Assembly (NCBI GenBank): GCA_964597545.1
Contig: CAZQXN010000006.1
Coordinates: 13,695-77,694, forward strand
Source of the DNA: an uncultured Planctomycetia bacterium
GTDB taxonomy: Bacteria > Omnitrophota > Gorgyraeia > 1-14-0-20-64-10
DNA: 64,000 nt
Reading direction: 5' to 3'
The notes under the pieces were generated by a model. It worked only from the letters and a program-made list of their open reading frames with translations, was not told the DNA's origin and ran no database searches. A program made the translations under genes and the position numbers. Each line of letters starts with the position of its first letter. Position 1 is the stretch's first letter. This document shows, one piece after another, positions 9,309 to 19,602 of this stretch.

Positions 9309-9761
9309 GTGGAAAGCATTTTGATCGCCAAAAACCCATCTGCCGGAAGAGATTTCCACCTCCTGGAGAGCTGGGAGGCCGGCATTGAGCTGAAGGGCTC
9401 AGAGGTCAAATCGCTCAGGGCCCATCAGGTCAACTTAAGGGACAGCTTTGTCCGGATCGAGGGGGGTCAGGCCTGGCTGTATGGCATGGAGGTCTCTCCC
9501 TACCCGCAGTCCGGACGGTTTGCCCCGGAGCCCAAGCGGCAGCGCCGCCTCCTGCTTCACCGTGCACAGATTGAGCGCTTGGCAGGGCAGGTGGATCGTA
9601 AGGGTTTTGCCCTTATCCCGACCCAATTGTATTTTAAGGGCTCCTTGGCTAAGGTGGAGCTGGCCCTGGCCAAAGGCAAACGCTTCTTTGATAAGCGCGA
9701 AACCATCAAGAAGCGGGAGACCGACCGCGAGATTCAGCGCGCCTTAAAGCGGCGCATATAG
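9309..9761 (+). CDS. smpB: SsrA-binding protein
   Basis: EAGIELKGSEVKSLR, RRLLLH and DKRETIK motifs; adjacent to tmRNA. Confidence 0.97.
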   Translation: MESILIAKNPSAGRDFHLLESWEAGIELKGSEVKSLRAHQVNLRDSFVRIEGGQAWLYGMEVSPYPQSGRFAPEPKRQRRLLLHRAQIERLAGQVDRKGFALIPTQLYFKGSLAKVELALAKGKRFFDKRETIKKRETDREIQRALKRRI

Positions 9762-9767
9762 TTCTTT

Positions 9768-10171
9768 GGGGGCGACTGGTTTCGACTGAAGTGACTGGGT
9801 CGAACGTCGCGTGCCGAGGTGGTCCGGAGGCCTCGTAAAAAACCGGACAAAATGATACGTGCCAAAAATATGGTCAAGGGGATCGCCCCGGTTGTGCCGA
9901 TGAGGCCTGCCGTGGTCCCCATGGCACTGGCTGCGTAAAAAACGCAACCCGTCCTCCAGTCAACGCCTGCTAGATTGGATGGACGTCGCCAGCAGGCTGG
10001 CTTAAGTCCAGTACCTCTGGGGGCTTGGGCGAGGAAACCAACCAGGGGGTAGTCGATGCCTTGATCCTGTCCGTGGGAGCGGGCGTCGGCGAAAACCAAA
10101 TCACGGACTACGCACGTAGTGACTCGATTTTCAGCTGCTTCGGCACGAGAGTTCGAATCTCTCCGCCTCCA
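9768..10171 (+). ncRNA. ssrA: tmRNA
   Basis: 5' GGGGGCGACTGGTTTCGAC and 3' GTTCGAATCTCTCCGCCTCCA form an Ala acceptor stem with a G3-U pair; tag ORF 9861..9938 ends ALAA. Confidence 0.95.
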
Positions 10172-10229
10172 TTTCTTTTCCAAGAGTTGTTTCCTGTTTG
10201 GTCATCGTGAATACAGCTGGAGGTCAACC

Positions 10230-10754
10230 ATGAAAATCGTTCCACAGCTTAGAATTTGCCTGGGGTTTGTTTCCTGTGCCGCCTTGATCTGCTTGTTTGT
10301 TCTGGTGTCAGGTTGCGCTCCCCGCTATCAGAAGGCGGGGAAGCTCGGCTATGGCTACCGGGACATCAAACTGCAGGAGGATATGTTCAAAATCTCCTAT
10401 GACGGCAACTCCTACATGAGCAAACGGCAGGCAGAGGATTTTGCCACACTCAGAGCCGCTGAGGTTGCTCTGGATAACGGCTATGCCTACTTCGTTATCC
10501 TGGAGTCGGACATCGAACTGAAGGAAGAGCTTAGGGCTACTGAGGCAGTCAGCCGCACCAAGATTGAGACGGACGATCCCGGAGACGTTGAGATTGAGAC
10601 AAGGGGTAGGCCCAGCGAACTGCAAACAAGGATGTATCCGCAGGTCACACTCTTTATCCAATGCTTTCACCAGAAGCCTCAAAGGGTTTCGGGGCGGACA
10701 TACGAAGCCAGATTCGTCAAGCAGAGCATTCGGTCCACCTACGAGCTTGAGTAG
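10230..10754 (+). CDS. Lipoprotein (CC0125/CC1285-like)
   Basis: Lipobox VSGC, then YQ...GY..., LRAAEVAL..GY.YF; GGAGG RBS. Confidence 0.75.
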   Translation: MKIVPQLRICLGFVSCAALICLFVLVSGCAPRYQKAGKLGYGYRDIKLQEDMFKISYDGNSYMSKRQAEDFATLRAAEVALDNGYAYFVILESDIELKEELRATEAVSRTKIETDDPGDVEIETRGRPSELQTRMYPQVTLFIQCFHQKPQRVSGRTYEARFVKQSIRSTYELE

Positions 10755-10803
10755 GGTAAACGTCCCCTATCTTTTCTAGCTTGTTACCTGTCAGGTCTAA
10801 AGC

Positions 10804-11910
10804 GTGAAGAAGATCGTTTCTTTCGCTGCATCGCTGTTTCTTCTTTCTGGGTGCGCTACGGCACGCCCAGTGACTTCTGCGGTGCAGCCCTTGGCACCCT
10901 CGCTTTCCAATTTTGCCTCTGCCCATCGTGTTTCTGTGGAGGGGCAGCGGTATCTTCCTTTGGAGGCGTTGGCCAAACAGCTCAAGGGACACCAGCTTTG
11001 GGATTCAGAAACGCAGATCTGGTCTCTGACCTCTGGTAACCGGGAGCTGCGGGCCGCTCCCAACCTGTCGGTGGTATTGGTGAATGGATCGGCCCATGCC
11101 CTTGAGCACCCTCCGCTGCTGCGTGAGGGGCGTTTCTTGCTTCCGGAGGAAGTATGGGCGCAGTGGTTAGCAGGATGGACCACTGCTCCTCCAGCCCCCA
11201 GGCGCGCACCGCTCAAGCGGCTTAGGACCATTGTTGTGGATGCCGGGCATGGCGGCAAAGATCCCGGGGCAGTCAGCCACGGGGGCTTGTATGAAAAGAC
11301 CGTCACCTTGGACATCGCCCGCCGCCTGCGCGATCTGCTGACTCGGGAGGGTTTTCGGGTGGTGATGACCCGTTACGATGACCGCTTTGTCTCCCTGCGC
11401 CGGCGCAGCGCCATCGCCAACCGGGAAGGGGGAGACCTCTTCATCTCCGTCCACGTCAACGCCTCCCGAAGCCGAAAGGTCTCTGGTTTTGAGGCCTATT
11501 ACCTCTCCGAGGCGACCGATGACAACGCTCGGGCTCTGGCTGCGGCTGAGAATGCTGCTCTGCCGGATGAGGTCGGAGAAGCCGTTCCTTCCGAGACCGA
11601 AGCGATCATCTGGGATCTGCTCTATACCGAGCACCGAGCTGCTTCCACCATACTGGCCGACCGTGTTTGCCAGGGGTTGGTTCGCAAGGGGCTTCCGGTC
11701 AGAAATCGAGGCGTTAAATCGGCTCGTTTTGCTGTGCTCAAGGGAGCGCGGATGCCGGCCGTTCTGGTGGAGGTCGGGTTCATTTCGCATCGAAACGAAG
11801 AGGCCAGACTGCGCAAGCCCGGCTACCGCCGGCAGTTGGCCGAAGGAATTCGTAACGGGATCATAAGATTCCGGGATGACTTGGAGCGGCAGTATGCTGC
11901 AGCGCCCTAA
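10804..11910 (+). CDS. N-acetylmuramoyl-L-alanine amidase (Amidase_3), lipoprotein
   Basis: VVDAGHGGKDPGA, FISVHVNA and LVEVGF motifs; LSGC lipobox. Confidence 0.93.
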   Translation: MKKIVSFAASLFLLSGCATARPVTSAVQPLAPSLSNFASAHRVSVEGQRYLPLEALAKQLKGHQLWDSETQIWSLTSGNRELRAAPNLSVVLVNGSAHALEHPPLLREGRFLLPEEVWAQWLAGWTTAPPAPRRAPLKRLRTIVVDAGHGGKDPGAVSHGGLYEKTVTLDIARRLRDLLTREGFRVVMTRYDDRFVSLRRRSAIANREGGDLFISVHVNASRSRKVSGFEAYYLSEATDDNARALAAAENAALPDEVGEAVPSETEAIIWDLLYTEHRAASTILADRVCQGLVRKGLPVRNRGVKSARFAVLKGARMPAVLVEVGFISHRNEEARLRKPGYRRQLAEGIRNGIIRFRDDLERQYAAAP

Positions 11911-12697
11911 ATCCATCGGGATCTTCGACTCCGGGATCGGGGGACTCACTGTGGTCCGGGAGGTCATGAAGCTTTTACCCCACGAGTCGGTGGTCTATCT
12001 CGGAGACACCGCTCGTGTCCCTTACGGCAACAAATCCAAAAGGACAGTTCAAAAGTTCTCCACCGAGAACACCCTCTTTCTCCTGGAGCGTGACGTCAAG
12101 CTCATCATCGTTGCCTGCCACACCTCCTCCAGCTTTGCCTTAGATCAGCTTATCCGTAACTTCAAGCAGCCCTTTCTAGGGGTAACCGAGCCGGGTGTCG
12201 AGGCCGCCTTGGAGGCGACCCATTCGGGGCGAATCGGCGTCATCGGCACCAAGGCAACGGTGGGCTCCAGCGCTTACCCCAAGGCCATTGCCCGGCGCTG
12301 CCCAGAGGCCAAGGTCATCCAGCAGGCTTGTCCCCTCTTTGTTCCCTTGGCCGAGGAGGGTTGGCAAGCCGATCCGGTGGCCCTAGAGATCGCCCGGCGC
12401 TATCTCAAGCCCCTTAAATCTGCTCGGGTGGATACGTTGATCTTGGGCTGCACCCATTACCCGCTGCTTAAAGGAGTGATCGCCAAGGTCATGGGGCCCA
12501 AGGTTCGGCTGATTGATTCTGCCCAGCAGGTGGCACGCCGCGCCAAATCGATCTTGGAAGCCCCTGATGCCCAGCCCTCCGGGCGCCGAAGTGCCGGCCC
12601 GATTTATCAGTTCTTTGTGACAGATGAGCCGCGGCACTTCCAGACGCTCTCGCGCCGCTTTCTGGGCAAGCAGGTCGGTCGTGTCTCGAGGGTCTAG
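11894..12697 (+). CDS. murI: Glutamate racemase
   Basis: FDSGIGGL, PYG, ACHTSS and LGCTHYP motifs. Confidence 0.97.
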   Translation: MLQRPKSIGIFDSGIGGLTVVREVMKLLPHESVVYLGDTARVPYGNKSKRTVQKFSTENTLFLLERDVKLIIVACHTSSSFALDQLIRNFKQPFLGVTEPGVEAALEATHSGRIGVIGTKATVGSSAYPKAIARRCPEAKVIQQACPLFVPLAEEGWQADPVALEIARRYLKPLKSARVDTLILGCTHYPLLKGVIAKVMGPKVRLIDSAQQVARRAKSILEAPDAQPSGRRSAGPIYQFFVTDEPRHFQTLSRRFLGKQVGRVSRV

Positions 12698-13367
12698 AAG
12701 GGTTTCCGGGAAAGCGGTTGTGCTGCTTTCCGGGGGACTGGATTCCGCAACCACCCTTTATCTTGCTCGCTCCAAGGGATTTTATTGCACCTGCCTGATT
12801 GTGGATTACGCTCAGCGCCACCGCCGAGAGATTCGGGCAGCCCAGGCAGTGGCTCGAACGGCCGGATGCGCCTCAAAGACCGTCACCCTTAAGCTTCCTT
12901 GGGGCGGTTCTGCCTTGACCGACCGAAGCATGCCGGTGCCCAAAGGCCGGTCTATGGGCCGGATCGGGCAAGGGATACCCAGCACCTATGTTCCGGCCCG
13001 CAACACCATCTTTTTATCTTTGGCCCTTGGGTTTGCTGAGGCCATCGGAGCAGGGCGCATCTTTATCGGCGCCAACTCGGTCGATTTTTCCGGCTATCCA
13101 GATTGCAAACCGAGTTACTATCAAGCCCTTCAGCGGGCGGTTCGCCTGGGAACCCGGGCCGGGACAGTCGGCCAAAACATTCGAATTGAAACCCCCTTGA
13201 TCCGGAAAACCAAAGCTGAGATTATCCGCTTGGGTACCAAACTTAAAGTTCCTTATCGGTTGACCTGGTCCTGTTATTCGGGTGGGAGGCGTCCTTGCGG
13301 CCGATGCGACAGCTGTCTGCTGCGGGCCAGGGGATTCCGACAAGCTGGAATTTCGGATCCGGCATGA
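12681..13367 (+). CDS. queC: 7-cyano-7-deazaguanine synthase (start approximate)
   Basis: SGGLDS, YVPARN, GYPDC and SCY...CGRCDSC motifs. Confidence 0.96.
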   Translation: MSRGSRRVSGKAVVLLSGGLDSATTLYLARSKGFYCTCLIVDYAQRHRREIRAAQAVARTAGCASKTVTLKLPWGGSALTDRSMPVPKGRSMGRIGQGIPSTYVPARNTIFLSLALGFAEAIGAGRIFIGANSVDFSGYPDCKPSYYQALQRAVRLGTRAGTVGQNIRIETPLIRKTKAEIIRLGTKLKVPYRLTWSCYSGGRRPCGRCDSCLLRARGFRQAGISDPA

Positions 13368-13404
13368 GTCCTTCGACGTTGCTCAAGACAAGCGGAGTCG
13401 AACC
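13364..13404. repeat. REP-like intergenic element remnant (CCTTCGAC...GCTCAAGACAAG...GTCGAA)
   Basis: TTCGAC...GTCGAA inverted repeat between queC and queE. Confidence 0.45.
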
Positions 13405-14250
13405 ATGAGCGAAACTGCACGCGTGATCGAGGTCTTCCCCTCCATTCAAGGGGAGGGGATCTACGCGGGCAAGCGCCACCTCTTTGTCCGTTTTGGGGAT
13501 TGCAACCTCAATTGCTGTTACTGCGACACCGATTTCAAGGGTCCATCTGTCGCGGTTGATGCTGAAAAGCTTTTGGAGATGGTGCACCGCCACCTGCAAA
13601 GCAACGGTCCGTTCCACGCGGTCAGCCTCACCGGAGGGGAGCCGCTCATCTGGTGGAGATTCCTGCAGGGGTGGCTTCCGAAACTTAAAGCCATTCATCC
13701 CACAACGTATTTGGAAACCAACGGCACCCTGCCGGATGCATTTCAGGGGGTGCTCGCCTGGATAGATATCATTGCCATGGATCTGAAGCTCCCTTCCTCT
13801 ACGGGGGAGAGGCCTTTTTGGACAGAGCATGAGTGTTTCCTGCGAGCAGCCCACTCGGCAAGCAGGTGCCAGGTAGCTCGTAACTCCATAGGAGACAATA
13901 GGTTGCAAGCTGAATCGGTACCTGGTACCGTTTTTGTGAAGCTTACCGTGACTGCCGATACCCGCGATGAGGATCTGAGGCGTGCGTGCGATCTGGTGGC
14001 TGCGGTGGATGCGCGCATCCCGGTGGTGCTGCAGCCGGTCACCCCACCACCCGTCTTTGACCCGAAGGGTCGTTTCTCGAAGAGAAACCCGCCTTTGGCG
14101 GGCAAGCCGGGTGGTGGGGTCACCCCTTGGAGGGCGGTGAGCGGGGTTCCAAGCGATGATCAGATCAGCCGATGGCAGCATCAAGCTGAGGAAAGAGTTG
14201 CTGGGGTGCAGGTGATTCCTCAGCTTCAACGAGCACTGGGGGTGCCATGA
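13405..14250 (+). CDS. queE: 7-carboxy-7-deazaguanine synthase (radical SAM) with two apparent insertions
   Basis: [25 protein letters not shown] and LQP motifs. Confidence 0.93.
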   Translation: MSETARVIEVFPSIQGEGIYAGKRHLFVRFGDCNLNCCYCDTDFKGPSVAVDAEKLLEMVHRHLQSNGPFHAVSLTGGEPLIWWRFLQGWLPKLKAIHPTTYLETNGTLPDAFQGVLAWIDIIAMDLKLPSSTGERPFWTEHECFLRAAHSASRCQVARNSIGDNRLQAESVPGTVFVKLTVTADTRDEDLRRACDLVAAVDARIPVVLQPVTPPPVFDPKGRFSKRNPPLAGKPGGGVTPWRAVSGVPSDDQISRWQHQAEERVAGVQVIPQLQRALGVP

Positions 14251-14975
14251 ACCGTTTGGATGGACGAAAGCCTAATGAACTGCGCCCGATCTCTGTGGGT
14301 CGGGGCTACCAGAAATTTGCCGAGGGATCCTGCCTGATCGAGCTGGGTCAGACCCGGGTGGTTTGCAGCGCCTCAGTGGAGGAGCGGGTCCCGCCCTTTC
14401 TTTTGGAGAGCGGTTCAGGCTGGGTGACGGCCGAATACGGCATGCTGCCCCGTTCCACTCAGGAGCGGTCCCAGCGGGAAGCGGCCCGGGGCCGCCAGGG
14501 GGGCAGGACCCAGGAGATTCAGCGTTTGATCGGCCGTTCCCTGCGCGCGGTGACCGATCTGGGCAAGCTGGGCCCCCGGACCATTGTGATCGACTGCGAT
14601 GTGATCCAGGCCGATGGCGGCACCCGGACCGCGGCCATCACCGGCGCCTTTGTGGCTCTGGTTGAAGCGCTGGGCTATTTGCGCAGCAAGGGTGTTTTCA
14701 AGAAGCTGCCGGTTCGGGATTTGGTCGCTGCCACCTCAATGGGTTTGCTGGAGAGTCAAGCGCTGTTGGATTTGACCTACGAGGAAGATGCCAAGGTGCG
14801 GGTGGACATGAACTTGATCATGACCGGCCGGGGGGAGTTGGTTGAGATTCAAGGGGCAGGGGAACGGAGCACCTTTACCGAAGACGAGCTTCAAACCCTG
14901 CTGGCGTTAGGCAAGGGGGGCATCGAAGAGCTGATTCAGGTTCAAAGATCCACCTTGAAGGATCTGCTGGGATGA
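14247..14975 (+). CDS. rph: Ribonuclease PH
   Basis: [21 protein letters not shown] and [13 protein letters not shown] motifs. Confidence 0.98.
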   Translation: MNRLDGRKPNELRPISVGRGYQKFAEGSCLIELGQTRVVCSASVEERVPPFLLESGSGWVTAEYGMLPRSTQERSQREAARGRQGGRTQEIQRLIGRSLRAVTDLGKLGPRTIVIDCDVIQADGGTRTAAITGAFVALVEALGYLRSKGVFKKLPVRDLVAATSMGLLESQALLDLTYEEDAKVRVDMNLIMTGRGELVEIQGAGERSTFTEDELQTLLALGKGGIEELIQVQRSTLKDLLG

Positions 14976-14982
14976 TTCCACT

Positions 14983-15050
14983 CGTCATTCCCGCGCATAC
15001 GGGAATCAGGATCCGTCCTCACGGAAGTGAGGATCAAGTCGGGGATGACA
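14983..15050. repeat. REP-like element GTCATTCCCGCG...GGGAATC...GATCAAGTCGGGGATGACA
   Basis: Terminal GTCAT/ATGAC inverted ends; right part identical to 28800..28818. Confidence 0.55.
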
Positions 15051-15054
15051 AATA

Positions 15055-15669
15055 GTGGTCACCTTTCTCTTAGCCACCGGCAACCGACACAAGGTTCGCG
15101 AGCTCAAGCGCCTCCTTAAAGGGGTGCCGGTTCGCTGGGTGGGGCTGGATCGCTTTCCCGGGATCCGGACAGCGCGCGAGGATGGAACCACCTTTCAGGC
15201 CAATGCCGTCAAGAAGGCGGTTGCCGTCTCCCGGCAGACGATCTTGCCTGTTTTGGCGGAAGACTCGGGATTGGTGGTCCCGGCCCTGAAGGGTCAGCCT
15301 GGGGTGCGCTCAGCTCGGTTTGCAGGCAAGGGAGCAACCGACCAGGCCAACGTAAAAAAGTTGCTCAACCAAATGCACCACCATCTCCCCTCCAGGCGTC
15401 ATGCCAAGTTTGTCTGCTGCATGGTCTTGGCGATGGGAGGCAGGCCGGTCAAAACCTTCCAGGCTTCCACGGCAGGATCCATTGCGCATGCTGCGCGCGG
15501 GGGAACCGGTTTTGGGTATGATCCGGTTTTTATTCCGCGGGGGTATCGAAAGACCTTTGCCGAGCTGGGGGCCGGGACCAAAGATCAGCACAGCCACCGG
15601 GCCAAGGCAGCTGCCCGCTTGAGGGAGTGGCTTAAAAGAGCTCTTCCAAAAGCTCCGGCAGGTTCTTAA
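15055..15669 (+). CDS. rdgB: Non-canonical purine NTP pyrophosphatase (Ham1)
   Basis: ATGNRHK, EDSGL, GFGYDP and SHR motifs. Confidence 0.96.
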   Translation: MVTFLLATGNRHKVRELKRLLKGVPVRWVGLDRFPGIRTAREDGTTFQANAVKKAVAVSRQTILPVLAEDSGLVVPALKGQPGVRSARFAGKGATDQANVKKLLNQMHHHLPSRRHAKFVCCMVLAMGGRPVKTFQASTAGSIAHAARGGTGFGYDPVFIPRGYRKTFAELGAGTKDQHSHRAKAAARLREWLKRALPKAPAGS

Positions 15670-18208
15670 GCTGCTTGTTGATCACATCCTTGAGCTGCTG
15701 GGGCCGGTAGCTGCGCTTGGGGTTCTTCCACGTTCCGGTGACCTGAATCTCTCCTGCCAAGAGCTCCGTTCCACGGGCAATCACCTCGCCAAGCTTGCTC
15801 TGATTTTCCTCTAAGAGCTCCGGTTCCAGGGCGGGGATGATGGTCCAGTCAATGGGGCTGTTGGCGCCTTGCAGGAATCCGCCCGATCCGGAGATGGTTA
15901 GAGCCGCTTGCGGCGCTTTCAGCTCCAGGCCGTCGGTTCGAATCTGACCGCCTTGAAGGGCAAAACTTCCACCGGCCTGCTGAAACACCAGCGTACGCAG
16001 ATTGGGCACCTTCAGCAAAGAGGCAAGGGGCCCTAAAAACGGCAGCTCCAGGATCTGGGCTCCATGAATGGAGGTCATCCCTTTGCCGGTAATGCGGGTT
16101 AGGTCTGCCCCGGAACCTGTCCCTTCCCACTCCAGGGAGAGTTTTCCGGCCATCTGTGTCTCCCATTTGAACGTTTGGATGAGCTCGGCCAGTTCTACCT
16201 GGGCCGCGGCGAACTTCCCTTGCCAGGGGTTTTCAGGTTTCCGGGGATTGAGCACTCCGGAAGCTTCCACTGTGCCGCCGGCCAACAGACCCTTGGCCAG
16301 GGGAATGATCACTCGGCCCTCCTCTTGGCCGATTTGAAATGCCGCATCCTTGAATGTAATTCCCCACGCGGTTAGGGCAGGGGAGTTGACCTTGAGATCA
16401 CACTCCCACCTCTTAGGGTTGCGCAGATCCCCCTGCAAAAACCACCGGCCCGATGCTTCCCCCTGAAGCGCTGCCTTCTCGAGCCACCCCGGCGGTTTTG
16501 GCCAGAAGCTTATCAGCTCCTCAATGGGGCCCGCCCACTCTCCGTAGAGGTTGCCGACGGGAGCAGCTTCGGCTTCGGTGTCTGCGGGGCGCTTGATTTC
16601 TCCGAGGAGGCGAAAGAGGTTTTTCGCGGATTTTCCATTTAACCCGTGAATTTCCAGGCGATCCGGGTGAAGGGTCAGCTGTGTTTCCGCGGTGAGCTCA
16701 CCCCACCGGATTTGCGCATCCACCTGAGGCTTATCTGACTGCACCAGGGTCCCCTCCAGTTGGAGGGGGCGGCCGGAGAGCCGACCCTTGAGGTCTGAGA
16801 CCGTGACCAAATCCGGCTGCCACCGCGCTTGGCCGGCACCTGACTCAAATCTGTGATTCTCGGCAATCTGAAAAGCCAAATCTGTGAAGATGACAGTGGC
16901 GACAGAGTGCATGGAGGGTTTGGGTCTTAAGATACCCGAGCCGCTCCAATCGATCGCGGCCTGCCCGCCCGGCTTAGCCTTCTGGGCCCATTGCTCTGCT
17001 TGGGGGAAATAGCCCACAACGGTCCCGACCGGAAGGGCAGTCTTGGCCGAGAGGGAAAAGGTTCTCTGCCCGCTGTTATCCAGGGCCGCGGTAAGGGTGA
17101 CCGGCGCTCCGGAAGGAAGGCTCGCCGAAAGGGTTTGGGACTTGATCTCCTCGGCTGTCAGGCCAATCTTACCCGAGAGTTTCTCGAACCTCCCGATGCG
17201 GGGCAGCGGATCCAGCGTTGTCTCATCCAGGGTTATCAGGGTTGCCAGGCGCTTCCACACTTTGCGGAAAGAGATCGGGAAGGAAAGATCATCTGCTTTG
17301 GCGTCAATCCGGAGGCCTCCGCGAAGATGCAGGGTCTCAGGAGGATCTGCTTGCCATCCGGAGGCAATCGGGTGTTTTAATCCAAGGTCCAAGGTGTCGG
17401 TTGTGACGATGCCTTCGAAGGACAGCTTCTCTTTGGGTTTGCCGGCAACCTTCAGGGTCATCTGAGCGTGCCCCTGAAGAGAGTGGATCTTAGGCCGGAT
17501 CTTCTTGGGGAGGTAGCGCAGCACAAAGGAGAGGGGCACGTCAGATTTCCCCTCCAGCTTTAAGAGCTTTTCCTTCACGCTGTAGCTGCCCGTAAGAGCG
17601 AGGGGCAGCTGCGGCTCATGCTTCAACTGCGCCGAGAGGTCCCAACGGGCCTTTGCCGGAAGCGAGAGGGTAAGCTGGGCGTTCACCTCTTCAAACTGCA
17701 GCGGATCCGGGGCGTTGGCGCCACCAAAGACGAGATCAAAGGTCCCCTTGGAGATCACGATCTTTGGAATCAACAACTGGAATTTGCCGGGCTTATCTGC
17801 TTGGGATTTCTGCTTGCGCCGCAGGGTCTGGATGTTCCAGTTTCCCTTGGGTCCTTGGAGAAAACGCCCCTTGGGACGCACAATGTGGAGCGTTGGGATG
17901 ATGAGCTTGCGCTCCTTCAAGAGGGGCAGCAGGAGGATTCCGCCGGAGAGCCGCTCCACCTCTAAGAAGGAGATCTCCCCAAAGGCGGTCTCTTCGGCAA
18001 TGACCACCTGCTCCAAGAGAAAGCCGTGCCAAGGATGCAGGCGCACTCGCTCGACCGAGACCTTGCGCCCGAGCGCCTCGGAGGCAAGGGTCTGGGTCCA
18101 CTGCCGGGTCTTAACCGGTAGGACCTTGCGGTTGAGGTATTCCAACCCTGCTGCACCGACTGCTGCTGCCAACAGCAGGAAGATTGCGATCTTGACGGAT
18201 TTACGCAT
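15632..18208 (-). CDS. AsmA-like / DUF748 envelope protein
   Basis: N-terminal TM anchor, long beta-rich body, AsmA-like C-terminus (VTGTWKNP). Confidence 0.75.
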   Translation of the reverse strand: MRKSVKIAIFLLLAAAVGAAGLEYLNRKVLPVKTRQWTQTLASEALGRKVSVERVRLHPWHGFLLEQVVIAEETAFGEISFLEVERLSGGILLLPLLKERKLIIPTLHIVRPKGRFLQGPKGNWNIQTLRRKQKSQADKPGKFQLLIPKIVISKGTFDLVFGGANAPDPLQFEEVNAQLTLSLPAKARWDLSAQLKHEPQLPLALTGSYSVKEKLLKLEGKSDVPLSFVLRYLPKKIRPKIHSLQGHAQMTLKVAGKPKEKLSFEGIVTTDTLDLGLKHPIASGWQADPPETLHLRGGLRIDAKADDLSFPISFRKVWKRLATLITLDETTLDPLPRIGRFEKLSGKIGLTAEEIKSQTLSASLPSGAPVTLTAALDNSGQRTFSLSAKTALPVGTVVGYFPQAEQWAQKAKPGGQAAIDWSGSGILRPKPSMHSVATVIFTDLAFQIAENHRFESGAGQARWQPDLVTVSDLKGRLSGRPLQLEGTLVQSDKPQVDAQIRWGELTAETQLTLHPDRLEIHGLNGKSAKNLFRLLGEIKRPADTEAEAAPVGNLYGEWAGPIEELISFWPKPPGWLEKAALQGEASGRWFLQGDLRNPKRWECDLKVNSPALTAWGITFKDAAFQIGQEEGRVIIPLAKGLLAGGTVEASGVLNPRKPENPWQGKFAAAQVELAELIQTFKWETQMAGKLSLEWEGTGSGADLTRITGKGMTSIHGAQILELPFLGPLASLLKVPNLRTLVFQQAGGSFALQGGQIRTDGLELKAPQAALTISGSGGFLQGANSPIDWTIIPALEPELLEENQSKLGEVIARGTELLAGEIQVTGTWKNPKRSYRPQQLKDVINKQLKNLPELLEELF

Positions 18209-18314
18209 GAAATGATTGTACCATTTGGATTGTTAGGTGCGGTACGGCGCTTCCCTTGCTAAAATAAACAGGTCGGTCCTTGCTCATTATCGACTTGATT
18301 TAAGAGCTTGTTTC

Positions 18315-18390
18315 CGGGGCGTAGCTCAGTTTGGTCTAGAGCGCTGCGTTTGGGACGCAGAAGTCGGCAGTTCGAATCTGCCCGCCCCGA
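18315..18390 (+). tRNA. tRNA-Pro(TGG)
   Basis: CGGGGCG...CGCCCCG acceptor stem, anticodon loop TTTGGGA. Confidence 0.96.
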
Positions 18391-18405
18391 GTATCCATGA
18401 TTTTA

Positions 18406-18478
18406 GCGCCTGTAGCTCAATGGATAGAGCAGAGGGTTTCTAACCCTTTGGCTGGGGGTTCGACTCCTCCCAGGCGCG
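18406..18478 (+). tRNA. tRNA-Arg(TCT)
   Basis: GCGCCTG...CAGGCGC acceptor stem, anticodon loop TTTCTAA. Confidence 0.95.
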
Positions 18479-18506
18479 GATCATTAACTACGAGAGGAAT
18501 TCAAGC

Positions 18507-19571
18507 GTGCGCGGTAAATCGTTACTCATCATCCTTGTCATTGTGGGGTTGCTGGCCCTAGGTTACAAGGCCAGTATGGGTATACTCAAAGCCCGGTTGG
18601 AGGAGCGCCTGACCGATGCCTGTTCTCGAGCTGTCAAGGTGGAGTCGGTTCGCTTTACCTTTCCGCTCGGGATTCGCGTTGAGGGCTTGACGGTCCCGCG
18701 GATCCGAGGCGAACGAACTGCACCCCTTTCAGCCGACGCCATCCAGGTCAATCTCTTGACCGGCGCATTGCTGCAGGGCAGCCCGGGCGTTGCCTTAGAT
18801 ATTCAGGCACCCAAGCTGCGTATGGATTGGAATCAACAGGTGCGCAAACTGCTTGCGGCCGCAGGCCCCATTTCTTTGGGGCAGGGCACACAGGCCGGGG
18901 CAGTGGCGCTCAAGCGCGTGACAATTCGAGACGGGCAGCTGATCTTCTTAGACCAAACGGTGGTTCCCGAAGTTCCCTGGATCTTTCAGGGCATGGATCT
19001 GAGTGTCACCTCTGGAACCATCAAAGAGCAGCGCCTATTCAGTGCTGCAGGGGAATTAGGCGGTCCCTCAGCTGATATCCTGGGCCGAATCCAGCTTGAG
19101 GGCAGCACTCTACCCCAGGGGCCGGGTGAGATTAAACTTTCCTTGGGTCATCAGAAGATCCGGATTCTTGCCCCCTACATCCGTAAGGTGCTGGGGACAG
19201 CGCCCCATCGCGGTTCTGTGGAGCTGGAAAGCCGCATCACCTTTGACGCGACGAAGGGGCTGATTATCGCCGAAAATGAGTTGACCGCCAACGGTATCCA
19301 TTTTCCGGATGATCAGCCGACCCGCTTAGGTCCTGACGGCAACCGCCTGGCAGAGCTCTTAAGTGATCCGGAGGGGAATATCCACTTAGGCTTTGTTGTC
19401 ACCGGAAAGCGCGGAGAACCGCTCGATTGGTCCGACCTGGTCGCCGGCGCACTGCGCCAGGCCATGCGCCAGGCCTTGGCGCGCGGCATCCGGGATGCCT
19501 TGGTCGATTCTGAGCAGGTCAAGCCCCTGGAGGATTTGATTCAGAAGGGAATCGAATCCCTGGGCCGCTGA
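18507..19571 (+). CDS. DUF748/AsmA-like membrane-anchored protein
   Basis: N-terminal TM helix; LLSDPEGNIHLGFVVTG resembles the DUF748 C-terminal motif. Confidence 0.65.
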   Translation: MRGKSLLIILVIVGLLALGYKASMGILKARLEERLTDACSRAVKVESVRFTFPLGIRVEGLTVPRIRGERTAPLSADAIQVNLLTGALLQGSPGVALDIQAPKLRMDWNQQVRKLLAAAGPISLGQGTQAGAVALKRVTIRDGQLIFLDQTVVPEVPWIFQGMDLSVTSGTIKEQRLFSAAGELGGPSADILGRIQLEGSTLPQGPGEIKLSLGHQKIRILAPYIRKVLGTAPHRGSVELESRITFDATKGLIIAENELTANGIHFPDDQPTRLGPDGNRLAELLSDPEGNIHLGFVVTGKRGEPLDWSDLVAGALRQAMRQALARGIRDALVDSEQVKPLEDLIQKGIESLGR

Positions 19572-19602
19572 TTCGCCAGCCCTTCGCAACACCGATTTCC
19601 AT

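Noticed and set aside
15632-15669. Convergent 38-nt overlap of rdgB and the AsmA-like gene
   Set aside because: Short 3' overlaps are common; no further signal
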